UHGV virus genome: UHGV-1357609
From: a virus
Reading direction: 5' to 3' (one strand)
Length of the DNA: 42,425 bases
The translations under genes and the position numbers were made by a program. Positions 1 to 8,418 of the stretch are shown piece after piece. The first letter of the stretch is position 1. The number at the start of each line of letters is the position of its first letter. The notes below the pieces were generated by a model. That model was not told the DNA's origin. It made no database searches and saw only the letters and a list, made by a program, of their open reading frames with translations.

Positions 1-411
1 ATCTACCAAAAAAGATTTTATAAGAATTGGAGCGAATGGGAACGTGTCGGTTCAGATGTTGTAGATACCGGTTGGGTTGATTTACAACTAGTGAATAGCG
101 CATCACCTCATAACGAATTAATTACTAAGGGTGGCTTTACTAGTGCGTACAGAACAATCACACAAAATGGAATTACTAAGAAAATGTTACGCATTAATGC
201 CACAACTATCAAACATGGACAGACTATTGCACTTTTACCTAAAGAATTTGTCAAAAACTTAATGTTTTTCTCAATAAGTGCTCCTAGAAATAAAAATAAC
301 GGACGTATTTCGTTGAATACTTCAGGAACAGTAAATTTTGACGCTACTGTAGATCCATCAGCGTGGACTGATACAGATTACATTTACGGTCAATATGAAT
401 GGACGGAGTGA
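1..411 (+). CDS. C-terminal part of a tail fibre / receptor-binding protein; the frame is open from base 1 and is probably the continuation of the ORF starting at 41304
   Basis: No stop in frame 1 from position 1 to 411. The window ends on a complete codon of the ORF that starts at 41304. The position, after the baseplate genes, fits a fibre gene. Confidence 0.55.
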   Translation: MYQKRFYKNWSEWERVGSDVVDTGWVDLQLVNSASPHNELITKGGFTSAYRTITQNGITKKMLRINATTIKHGQTIALLPKEFVKNLMFFSISAPRNKNNGRISLNTSGTVNFDATVDPSAWTDTDYIYGQYEWTE

Positions 412-754
412 TGAGATGAAAGTAGTTTATTTATGGAAAAATGGACAAGCAATTATTGTTCACAAAAATGAAGAAGATGAATATGTTTATCCTAATGAAA
501 AATGGACTGAGAACAAACCTCCTCAAGGCATTATATTACCTTGCTATTATGACGGTAAACAATGGGTTGGACAAACCCAAGATGAGCTAGAAAAGATGTT
601 GCCTGAAGTAGAAATGCCTGTTGATGACAAAGATATTGCTATAGCTAAATTAACGAGCTTAGTTGTAGATTTACAAGAAGAGGTTATGAGTTTGAAACAG
701 AACATCGCACTAATAACTGAAGAACAAGCAAATCAAAAATTGGGGGAAGCATAA
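395..754 (+). CDS. Tail-fibre-associated protein (XkdW/DUF2977-like), paralogous to the ORF at 4754..5107
   Basis: The motif W..I.PP.GI..PC..DGKQW.G.T is shared with 4754..5107. The gene directly follows a fibre gene. Confidence 0.6.
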   Translation: MNGRSDEMKVVYLWKNGQAIIVHKNEEDEYVYPNEKWTENKPPQGIILPCYYDGKQWVGQTQDELEKMLPEVEMPVDDKDIAIAKLTSLVVDLQEEVMSLKQNIALITEEQANQKLGEA

Positions 755-755
755 T

Positions 756-896
756 ATGGATAAAGTAGTAATCGATTTATACAAGAAAAAATTATACACT
801 GATGAAACTTTCAAAAAGTTTGTTAGAGTTGGTTGGATTACTCCAGAACAATTTAAAGAAACTACAGGTAAAGATTACGAACCGCAAGTTAAATAG
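756..896 (+). CDS. XkdX-like small phage protein (46 aa), not in the ORF track
   Basis: Hand-translated: MDKVVIDLYKKKLYTDETFKKFVRVGWITPEQFKETTGKDYEPQVK. It contains the ITPEQF..TG motif and is paralogous to 5100..5246. Confidence 0.5.
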   Translation: MDKVVIDLYKKKLYTDETFKKFVRVGWITPEQFKETTGKDYEPQVK

Positions 897-931
897 CTTG
901 TGGTTTTATTTTAAAGTAAAGTTGGTGGCAT

Positions 932-1366
932 ATGAAAAACAATATGAAAGATTTAACTTTAGCCGAAATCGTAGCGTCTGTTATGACGTTTAGTTATGGT
1001 TTTAGAGAGTTTTTGAGAGGTTTCTTTTGGGTTAAAGAACAAGGTGATGTGTTAGATGACAGTTCGTTTTATTTAGCTTTGCACCATATCATGCCTATTT
1101 GGAGTTGGGGGATTGTTGTAATGCTAGCAGGAGTAATCGTTATGGTTGCTGCTATTTTTGTTTCTTCCAGTGATCGAAATGATAAATTTAGCAAAATTAT
1201 TTTAGTAGGTGGTTTTATGTCTGCGATATTGTACTTTTTAATGACAAGCGCAAGCATTTATCACGCTATAAACTGGTTAACTATCGTTCATATGGGGTTA
1301 ATGTCCGCTACCGGTTTTGTCGTTTCATACATCGGAGGTGCTGACTTGTATGCCAGAAGAAAATAA
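932..1366 (+). CDS. Multi-pass membrane protein (about 4 TM segments), function unknown
   Basis: Hydrophobic segments (GIVVMLAGVIVMVAAIFV, ILVGGFMSAILYFLM, LMSATGFVVSYIGG). Located in the tail/lysis module. Confidence 0.45.
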   Translation: MKNNMKDLTLAEIVASVMTFSYGFREFLRGFFWVKEQGDVLDDSSFYLALHHIMPIWSWGIVVMLAGVIVMVAAIFVSSSDRNDKFSKIILVGGFMSAILYFLMTSASIYHAINWLTIVHMGLMSATGFVVSYIGGADLYARRK

Positions 1367-1745
1367 CTATGTGTTGAGGCATGAGTGGATAGAAAGCAAC
1401 GGTAAAATATATGAAAAAATAAATGAAAATGACAGAAAAAATATAGAAGCTTTAAGTGACTTAAAAACTAAGGTCGAAACTCAAACAACATTGCAACAAC
1501 AAACATACGAAGCTCAAAAAGAAACCAACAACAACATTAAAGATTTAACTAGTGTGATGACAAAAGTTGGAACTGAAATGACAGATATAAAGTACAAAGT
1601 GATGTCACACGATGAAAAAATTAATGCGATACAAGGCTCTATTGAATCGAAGAAAAAAGGTAGTGTGCAAGTGATAGTCGCATTAATAGGATTAGCAGGT
1701 ACTATAGTGGGCGGTGCATTCGCATTTGCTCAAGCGTTTTTTTGA
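1350..1745 (+). CDS. XhlA-like coiled-coil protein with a C-terminal TM segment (holin-like/haemolysin-like)
   Basis: The RBS GGAGGTG lies 9 nt before the ATG at 1350 (the ORF track starts it at 1317). A coiled-coil region is followed by a C-terminal TM segment, VIVALIGLAGTIVGGAFAFAQAFF. Confidence 0.5.
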   Translation: MPEENNYVLRHEWIESNGKIYEKINENDRKNIEALSDLKTKVETQTTLQQQTYEAQKETNNNIKDLTSVMTKVGTEMTDIKYKVMSHDEKINAIQGSIESKKKGSVQVIVALIGLAGTIVGGAFAFAQAFF

Positions 1746-1795
1746 AGTCAGCGTTTAACGCTGGCTTTGTATTATCCCAGAAATGAGGTGGATAT

Positions 1796-3706
1796 ATGGG
1801 ATTACCTAGCCCTAAAAAAAGAAAACCTACTGCTTCGGAAGTTGCAGCGTGGGCCAAGAGAATGATTGGTAGAAGAGTTGATGTAGACGGTTATCATGGT
1901 GCCCAATGTTGGGATCTACCAAACTACATTTTCAATAGATATTGGCATTTCAAAACAACAGGAAATGCTATTGCTATGGCATGGTATAGATACCCTAAAG
2001 GGTTTAAATTTTATAGAAATACTAGGAATTTTGTTCCGAAACCTGGAGATATGGCAGTATGGGGTACAGGTTCTTTTAACAACGGTGTTGGACATACTGC
2101 TGTTGTCATAGGTCCATCTACAAAAAGTTACTTTACCAGCGTGGATCAAAATTGGATTGGCGCAAATAGTTATACAGGCTCACCTGGTGCGAAAATTAAA
2201 CATAGTTATAACGGTATAAGTGGGTTCGTCAGACCTCCCTACCACGCAGAAACTAAGAAACCATCGAAACCAAGTAGTACACCGTCCAAACCTTCTAATG
2301 ACAACACTCCTAAAAACACAAAAGAACAAACAAAACCTATAACTAAAGAGATTACCAAAGTTTCCTATACATCATTCGCATACGATTTAGACGATGATTT
2401 GGAATATATTTATCATTACATGGTTGAAGGGCAAAAGTTGATAGGGAAGGTAAAAGGTATATATATCAAAGAGAGTACACATATGCGTTCTGTTGAAGAA
2501 TTGTATTTACAACGTAATAAATATGTGAATGAAGATGAATACCCTCATGTATATATTGACCGTGAGCGTGTATGGACACCTAGACCTGATTCAGAAGAAG
2601 CACCAGAACATCCAGGTTGGCTTGTTATGGAAGTTTGCGGAGGACAAACGGATAGCAAACGCCAATTCATGCTCAATCAAATCAGAGCGTTAATCTACGG
2701 CGTTTGGTTGTTAAGTTGGAGTAAGGTGAAACTTTCTGAATCGTCAATCAAAGCAGATCCTAACATATGGCGTTCTATGAAAGATTTAATCAATTACGAC
2801 TTAATCAAAAATGGTATTCCTGATGAAAGTAAATATAAAGAAGTTGAAAAGAAAATAATAGGTTTATATTTAAAAAGAGATAAATTACTCACAGAAACGA
2901 TTACCACAACAACTACAAAGACAACCATAAAGATTAAACCTAAAACTTCGGTCGATAACCCTGAACAGAACGACAAACCGACAGACAAAAAAAGCAAAAC
3001 AACAAACAGAACTTCGAATAAACCTCGTGTAGTTGTAGAGAAAAGTAAATATACTTTCCAACAAGCACTGAACGCGCAAATGGCACATGGTATGCCTCAA
3101 AAATCTTACAGTTGGGGTTGGGGCAATGCTTCTAGGTCACAAACAAGTAAGTATATGAACCCTAACACTATATGGAATAGTTCAGTACAAAGGTATCAAA
3201 TGTTGGATTTAGGTAAGTATCAAGGTATACCAGTAAGTAAGTTGAATAAGATACTTAAAGGTAAAGGTACTTTATCCGGTCAAGGTAAAGCTTTCGCAGA
3301 CGGTTGTAAGAAATACAACGTAAATGAAATATACTTAATTGCTCACGCATTCTTAGAAAGTGGATATGGCCGTAGTAACTTTGCCAGTGGACGTTATGGT
3401 ATTTACAATTACTTTGGTATTGCAGCATATGACAATAACCCTAATGCTTCCATAGCTTACGCTAGAAGACAAGGTTGGACGAGTCCACGTAATGGTATTA
3501 TAGGTGGGGCTAAGTTCGTTAGAAAACAATTCTTTAATCAAGGTAAGAACACTTTGTACCGAATGCGTTGGAACCCTAAAAACCCCGGTCGTATGCAATA
3601 TGCTACTGCGATTGAGTGGTGTAATTTCCAAGCAACAACAATAAACAGTTTATACAAAAAAGTAGGATTAAAAGGTATGTATTATATCAGAGATAAATAT
3701 AGATAA
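1796..3706 (+). CDS. Virion-associated peptidoglycan hydrolase: N-terminal CHAP peptidase plus C-terminal GH73 glucosaminidase
   Basis: CHAP Cys/His motifs are present (GAQCWDLPNY ... GHTAVV). The GH73 motif is YLIAHAFLESGYG...NYFGIAAYDNNP. There is a low-complexity T/K/P linker, and the RBS is GAGGTGG. Confidence 0.85.
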   Translation: MGLPSPKKRKPTASEVAAWAKRMIGRRVDVDGYHGAQCWDLPNYIFNRYWHFKTTGNAIAMAWYRYPKGFKFYRNTRNFVPKPGDMAVWGTGSFNNGVGHTAVVIGPSTKSYFTSVDQNWIGANSYTGSPGAKIKHSYNGISGFVRPPYHAETKKPSKPSSTPSKPSNDNTPKNTKEQTKPITKEITKVSYTSFAYDLDDDLEYIYHYMVEGQKLIGKVKGIYIKESTHMRSVEELYLQRNKYVNEDEYPHVYIDRERVWTPRPDSEEAPEHPGWLVMEVCGGQTDSKRQFMLNQIRALIYGVWLLSWSKVKLSESSIKADPNIWRSMKDLINYDLIKNGIPDESKYKEVEKKIIGLYLKRDKLLTETITTTTTKTTIKIKPKTSVDNPEQNDKPTDKKSKTTNRTSNKPRVVVEKSKYTFQQALNAQMAHGMPQKSYSWGWGNASRSQTSKYMNPNTIWNSSVQRYQMLDLGKYQGIPVSKLNKILKGKGTLSGQGKAFADGCKKYNVNEIYLIAHAFLESGYGRSNFASGRYGIYNYFGIAAYDNNPNASIAYARRQGWTSPRNGIIGGAKFVRKQFFNQGKNTLYRMRWNPKNPGRMQYATAIEWCNFQATTINSLYKKVGLKGMYYIRDKYR

Positions 3707-3752
3707 AAGGCTACTCACTGACGGTGGGTAGCCTTTAATAATTGAAAGAGGT

Positions 3753-4742
3753 GTGTATATGTTACAAAAACTTACAGATGTTGCTACTAATATAAATGTT
3801 AGTACAGCTGAGAACGGTTTTATTGGCGCTAATTTTTATACAGAAGATGACGGATCAGCTTATATAAGAATCACTATCAGAGATAACAACGAAGTGTTAG
3901 ATTTTAACAAAACTGATATGACTCCTCGTTTAGATTTGTTTAGTTCAGACGGTTCTATATTCACTAATGAACCGTTAGAGATCATTTTACCTGAATACGG
4001 CGTCATTCAATATAAGGTGTCTGACAATGTCATTAAACACGCAGGGAAAGTAGACGCGAAATTATTCTTAGCTAATGAAGAGGATAGTGTTCACGTCGCT
4101 AACTTTTATTTCACTATCACAGATAGTGGAATGACTGGACCGATTGGAAAAGAAATACATGTAGATTCATTACAAGATTTAGTTAGAAACGTTATGAAAG
4201 AGAATGCTATAGGATTATTAGATGATGATTTCAAAGATAAGTTAGAGAACGATTTGAAAGTATATATGGAAGAAAATGCTGATACATTCAAAGGAGAACA
4301 GGGTATACAAGGTGTTCCTGGAAAAGACGGTAAACCATTCACGTATAACGATTTCACACAAGAACAATTAGACCAGTTAAAGGCTAAAGGTACTGACACA
4401 GGCTGGCAAACACTTCCTCTTGTGAACGGAATTACACAAGCTGGGACACTTAACAAGCCAATGTATAAATTAATCTCTATTAATGATACAGAAATGCTAT
4501 TTATAAAAGGTGCAGTAAGTTCCATTAACAGTAAAGAAATGATTTTTGCGAAACTCCCGAAAAACATCTCGGATAAGGTGAAAGATTATAAACAATATAC
4601 AAAAGCGGGCGTTAATTCATCTCAATTAATCATCTACAACGTGACTATAACTCAAAGTGGAGATTTAGAAATAACATTTGACCCTAAAAGTGAAGCAATG
4701 CCTTATGGCGCTTATTACATCGAAGGAATAGTCGTTTTATAG
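3753..4742 (+). CDS. Tail fibre / upper baseplate protein with a collagen-like Gly-X-Y repeat
   Basis: Contains GEQGIQGVPGKDGKP. The position fits a fibre gene, and it is followed by an XkdW-like/XkdX-like pair. Confidence 0.65.
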   Translation: MYMLQKLTDVATNINVSTAENGFIGANFYTEDDGSAYIRITIRDNNEVLDFNKTDMTPRLDLFSSDGSIFTNEPLEIILPEYGVIQYKVSDNVIKHAGKVDAKLFLANEEDSVHVANFYFTITDSGMTGPIGKEIHVDSLQDLVRNVMKENAIGLLDDDFKDKLENDLKVYMEENADTFKGEQGIQGVPGKDGKPFTYNDFTQEQLDQLKAKGTDTGWQTLPLVNGITQAGTLNKPMYKLISINDTEMLFIKGAVSSINSKEMIFAKLPKNISDKVKDYKQYTKAGVNSSQLIIYNVTITQSGDLEITFDPKSEAMPYGAYYIEGIVVL

Positions 4743-4753
4743 GAGGCGGGAAT

Positions 4754-5107
4754 ATGAAGACAAAGCAAATTTATTTTTATGATGGCACACCATATTTAGT
4801 TATTGAAAATCACAATGGAGAAATGGAATATCCTAAAGGACAATGGACTGATATAGAACCTCCAGAAGGAATATATACTCCTTGTCATTTTGATGGTAAA
4901 CAATGGATTGGCAATACTAAAGAAAATTGGGAAGACTCACAACCGAAAAGCGAAAATGAAGATACGACAAATAAAAACAATGAAAAAGAAGATATTATAG
5001 CTGACCTATCTTTAGAGTTGTTAAAAACTCAAGAAGAATTAATGGATGTTAGAAAAGATATATCAGATTTAACTATTCAAATTTTAGGAGGCACAACAAA
5101 TGCATGA
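4754..5107 (+). CDS. Tail-fibre-associated protein (XkdW/DUF2977-like), paralog of 395..754
   Basis: Shared motif W.DIEPPEGIYTPCHFDGKQWIGNT. The RBS is AGGAGG. Confidence 0.6.
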   Translation: MKTKQIYFYDGTPYLVIENHNGEMEYPKGQWTDIEPPEGIYTPCHFDGKQWIGNTKENWEDSQPKSENEDTTNKNNEKEDIIADLSLELLKTQEELMDVRKDISDLTIQILGGTTNA

Positions 5108-5246
5108 TATCGGAGTTAAATATTATAAAATGGGTTACTACACTAACGAACAATTTGCTTTATTTGTAAAAAGAGGGTTTGTAACACCGGAAGAATATTT
5201 AGAGTTAACAGGTATTGAATATGATCCAGAAAAAGTGAATGTATAG
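5100..5246 (+). CDS. XkdX-like small phage protein (48 aa), not in the ORF track
   Basis: Hand-translated: MHDIGVKYYKMGYYTNEQFALFVKRGFVTPEEYLELTGIEYDPEKVNV. Paralog of 756..896. Confidence 0.5.
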   Translation: MHDIGVKYYKMGYYTNEQFALFVKRGFVTPEEYLELTGIEYDPEKVNV

Positions 5247-5300
5247 AATAATTGACAGCCGACGTTTTGCGTTGGCTTTTTAATTTATCTAAAAGGAGAT

Positions 5301-5576
5301 ATGAGTATGAAAACAGATGTAGGTTCAATTGTAAGAACAATCGTATTTATTTTAGCTTGGGTTAACCAATTTTTAGCTACTAAAAACATTTCGCCTATTC
5401 CAGTAGATGAAGTGACTATCAGCTCTATTATCACTGGTGCAGTGTCTTTATGGACTTGGTGGAAAAATAATAACTTCTCTCACGCAGCGCAAAAAGGACA
5501 ACAAAAGTTACATGAAGTTAAAGCTGGAACAAATTCTACAGGTGGTGCGCCTCAAACGAATGGAGATGATTTCTAA
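5301..5576 (+). CDS. Holin (two TM segments, LL-H/phiLC3-like); the true start is probably the ATG at 5307
   Basis: Two hydrophobic helices ([16 protein letters not shown] and [15 protein letters not shown]) are followed by a charged C-terminus. The gene sits immediately upstream of the endolysin and its stop overlaps the endolysin start (TAATGG). Confidence 0.75.
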   Translation: MSMKTDVGSIVRTIVFILAWVNQFLATKNISPIPVDEVTISSIITGAVSLWTWWKNNNFSHAAQKGQQKLHEVKAGTNSTGGAPQTNGDDF

Positions 5577-6991
5577 TGGTATCTGTTAGAACATATAAGC
5601 AATCAATTTCATATTTAAAAAGTTTAGAGGGCAAAGCGTTAAACCCTGACGGTGCTTATGGTTTTCAATGTTTCGACGTAGCTAACCAATATTGGCTTTA
5701 TTTATTCGGTCATACTTTAAAAGGTGTAGGTGCTGCAGATATTCCGACATGGAACAATTTTACAGGAGAAGCTACTGTTTATGAGAATACACTATCATTT
5801 TTAGCTAAGCCTGGAGATGTTGTAATATTCAATAGAAATTATGGTGGGGGTTATGGTCACGTAGGTATCGTTATTTCTGCTACTTCTAACTCTATAACTA
5901 TACTGGAGCAAAATTGGGTTGGCGGTGCGTATTGGACACCTCCTGAAGTTACTACAAGACGTACACATGGCTACGACTTCCCTATGTGGTTTATTAGACC
6001 GTTCTACGCTAAAGAAACGACTAAAAACAAAGTTAAAAGCAAAGCTAAACCAGTTAAGAAAGCGAAAGCTAAGAAAGGTAAGAAAATTTTGCTTGTTGCA
6101 GGTCATGGTAAAGGTGCTTATTCAAATGATCCAGGCGCCGTAGCAAACGGATATAATGAACGTGACTTCAATAGAAAGGAAATTATCCCGAGAATAAAGA
6201 AACATCTTGAAAGTGTAGGTAATAAAGTTGTTTTATACGGTGGCAAATCAATGAATCAAGACTTGTATCAAGATACGTTATATGGACAACGTGTAGGTAA
6301 CTATTCAGATTATGGTTTATATTGGGTTAAAAAGAATGTTAAGCCTGATGTCATTGTAGAATTCCACTTAGATTCTGCTAGTCCTCAAGCAAGTGGTGGT
6401 CATGTCATTGTAAGTGACAGGTATCCTGCAGATGATATAGACAAAGCGTTATCTAGCGCACTAGGTAAGACAGTTGGTAAAATTAGAGGTGTAACACCTA
6501 GAAATGATTTATTAAATGCTAACGTTACAGGCCAACTCAATTTAAATTACAGATTGATTGAGTTAGGTTTTATCACTAGTAAAAAAGACATGGACTATAT
6601 CACTAAGAACATCAACAGTTTTACTAAGAGACTTGCAGAGGCTATCAATGGTAGACAAATCAATGCACCTAAGAGCAAACCATCTAGCAAAAAGACAACT
6701 TGGAACTGGGGAGGTACTTTCTACCCTAACGCACCTAAAAGTGGTATTAGAGTTAGAAGGTTGCCAGGTATCAATGGCGCTATTGTTGAAAGTGGCTCGT
6801 GGTTATACAGAAAGACAGATTGGGTTAAATTCGACCAAGTTATTAAAAAAGATGGATATTGGTGGATTCGCTTTAAATATCAAGCACCTGGTTCAAGTAA
6901 AAAAGATTTCTACTGCGCCGTTTGTAAAATTACTGACAAACAACAAAAAATAAAAAATGAGAAATATTGGGGCAAAATAGACTGGAAATGA
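5576..6991 (+). CDS. Endolysin with CHAP, Amidase_3 (MurNAc-L-Ala amidase) and SH3b cell-wall-binding domains
   Basis: CHAP motif: [11 protein letters not shown]...GHVGIV. Amidase_3 motif: [29 protein letters not shown]...FHLDSA. C-terminal SH3_5 motif: [22 protein letters not shown]...GYWWIRFKY. Confidence 0.9.
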   Translation: MVSVRTYKQSISYLKSLEGKALNPDGAYGFQCFDVANQYWLYLFGHTLKGVGAADIPTWNNFTGEATVYENTLSFLAKPGDVVIFNRNYGGGYGHVGIVISATSNSITILEQNWVGGAYWTPPEVTTRRTHGYDFPMWFIRPFYAKETTKNKVKSKAKPVKKAKAKKGKKILLVAGHGKGAYSNDPGAVANGYNERDFNRKEIIPRIKKHLESVGNKVVLYGGKSMNQDLYQDTLYGQRVGNYSDYGLYWVKKNVKPDVIVEFHLDSASPQASGGHVIVSDRYPADDIDKALSSALGKTVGKIRGVTPRNDLLNANVTGQLNLNYRLIELGFITSKKDMDYITKNINSFTKRLAEAINGRQINAPKSKPSSKKTTWNWGGTFYPNAPKSGIRVRRLPGINGAIVESGSWLYRKTDWVKFDQVIKKDGYWWIRFKYQAPGSSKKDFYCAVCKITDKQQKIKNEKYWGKIDWK

Positions 6992-7019
6992 TATAGTTAA
7001 ATTACCACGTCATTATACA

Positions 7020-7050
7020 AGGGTAGTCGCTATGGCTACCCTATTTTTTA
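7020..7050 (+). terminator. Rho-independent terminator after the endolysin gene
   Basis: Stem aGGGTAG/CTACCCt, then the run ATTTTTTAT. Confidence 0.7.
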
Positions 7051-7096
7051 TTGTATAATATTCTTTGTTCCCGATTTCAAACTAATACTATATTCT

Positions 7097-7127
7097 AAAC
7101 CGCGTTCTTTATGAGCGTGGTTTTTTG
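7097..7127 (+). terminator. Second intrinsic terminator downstream of the lysis operon
   Basis: Stem AAACCGCG/CGTGGTTT with one G-U pair, followed by TTTTTT. Confidence 0.5.
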
Positions 7128-7320
7128 TGTACACGTGTCAAATACGTGTCAAAATAGTTATAATCTTTTAGTTCTATTTAGAAAATAAATCTTTGAAAAC
7201 ACTGTACTTATGGCTATTTAGTTTTATTTAGAAATTTATTTTTATCCCTCCGTTTCCGTACTATAACGTTGATATGACGGGCTTTCGAGAGAGTAAGTGT
7301 CAAATAAGTGTCAAGAGAAT
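7128..7320. promoter_or_regulatory. Candidate attP region with arm-type direct repeats
   Basis: Tandem ACGTGTCAAAT repeats at 7133-7155. Tandem AAGTGTCAA(AT) repeats at 7296-7316. TATTTAGAAA-type repeats at 7175-7190 and 7225-7240. The region is non-coding and lies next to int. Confidence 0.55.
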
Positions 7321-8360
7321 ATTTCTCTGACACGTTGGCCTTGCTCTTTTTTATGTTCTTCTAATAAATGTGAATACGTGTCTAACGTTTGTGATATAGT
7401 AGCGTGACCTAAACGTTTACTTATATACTCGATTGGTATGCCTTTAGATAGTAAGTAAGATGTGTGCGTATGTCTGAGTGAATAGGGAGTTATATTATTA
7501 TCGTTTAATCCTATCACCTCTTTTGCTTTTCTGAATGCTTTACTTACTGATGTATGACTAACCGAGAATAACTTGCCATCAATTCTACGTGGCATTTTAG
7601 CTAATTTTGAATTTATGTGCATGATATCTTTTGAATTTACTTCTACATCACGTTTTGAATTCTTTGTTTTCGTTCCAGGCAAATGAATTATGCCATTCGC
7701 TTTGTTTAGATCTTTGTAAGTCATATTGATGACATCGCTATATCTTGCGCCAGTAATGCCTAATAGATATAGCAAAACATAACTTTCTTCATCTCTTTTC
7801 TTGAAATAATCTAGCAAGTTTAAATAGTCTTTTATCGTAATAAACTTAAATTTCTCATCTTTAGCTTTTTCAGTCCCTTTGATATTTACATTATAAGTAG
7901 GGTCTTTCTTCAAATAGCCATCGTATAACGCGTCTCTAATACATCTAGCAAGACAACCGTGAACTTTTCTTACTGTTTCATCAGTGTGACCTTGTGCGTA
8001 TTGATTTAAAAACTTTTGATACTCACTACGTGTGATATTTTTAACTAACATATTTTCTCCGAAATACTCACTGAATAATTTAATCGATCTTTCATACCAG
8101 TAGAATTGTTTGCTAGACAACTGTTTCTTGTTCTTAATTTTTATCCAGTCATCGTAGTAGTCAACGAATTTTTTATTATCTTCAATGTTGTTGCCATCTT
8201 CTAAATCTCTAATTAATTGTTGTGCTGCGTTTGTAGCCTCAGCTTTTGTTTTAAATCCAGATTTACGTTTTTTGCCAGATTTCAAACTAGGGTGTTTAAC
8301 ATCGTATTGCCATGATGAGCTTGTCTTATTTTTGCGTTTTGTTACTGTAAATGTTGCCAT
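7311..8360 (-). CDS. int: Tyrosine integrase (site-specific recombinase)
   Basis: The C-terminal catalytic region carries a conserved R...HxxR...Y arrangement (LRHTHTSYLL ... LGHATISQTLDTYSHL). The RBS is AAGGAGG. Confidence 0.9.
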   Translation of the reverse strand: MATFTVTKRKNKTSSSWQYDVKHPSLKSGKKRKSGFKTKAEATNAAQQLIRDLEDGNNIEDNKKFVDYYDDWIKIKNKKQLSSKQFYWYERSIKLFSEYFGENMLVKNITRSEYQKFLNQYAQGHTDETVRKVHGCLARCIRDALYDGYLKKDPTYNVNIKGTEKAKDEKFKFITIKDYLNLLDYFKKRDEESYVLLYLLGITGARYSDVINMTYKDLNKANGIIHLPGTKTKNSKRDVEVNSKDIMHINSKLAKMPRRIDGKLFSVSHTSVSKAFRKAKEVIGLNDNNITPYSLRHTHTSYLLSKGIPIEYISKRLGHATISQTLDTYSHLLEEHKKEQGQRVREIFS

Positions 8361-8380
8361 TTTCCGTGTTCCTCCTTAAA

Positions 8381-8413
8381 AAAGTAAAAAAATAATAAGG
8401 GTACTAGGTACCC
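8381..8413 (-). terminator. Terminator for the leftward cI-lipoprotein transcript
   Basis: Palindrome GGGTAC-TAG-GTACCC followed, on the minus strand, by TTATTATTTTTTT. Confidence 0.6.
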
Positions 8414-8418
8414 ATAAA

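Noticed and set aside
1916-2149. Minus-strand ORF of 77 aa (and the + ORF 1896..2111) inside the CHAP-glucosaminidase gene
   Set aside because: It is fully embedded in a high-confidence CDS in another frame, and it has no RBS. It is typical of spurious antisense ORFs.
6633-6953. Plus-strand ORF of 106 aa overlapping the endolysin SH3b region in another frame
   Set aside because: It is embedded in a strongly supported CDS, and there is no independent evidence for it.
8185-8379. Plus-strand ORF of 64 aa overlapping the integrase N-terminus
   Set aside because: It is antisense to int, its composition is odd, and there is no RBS.
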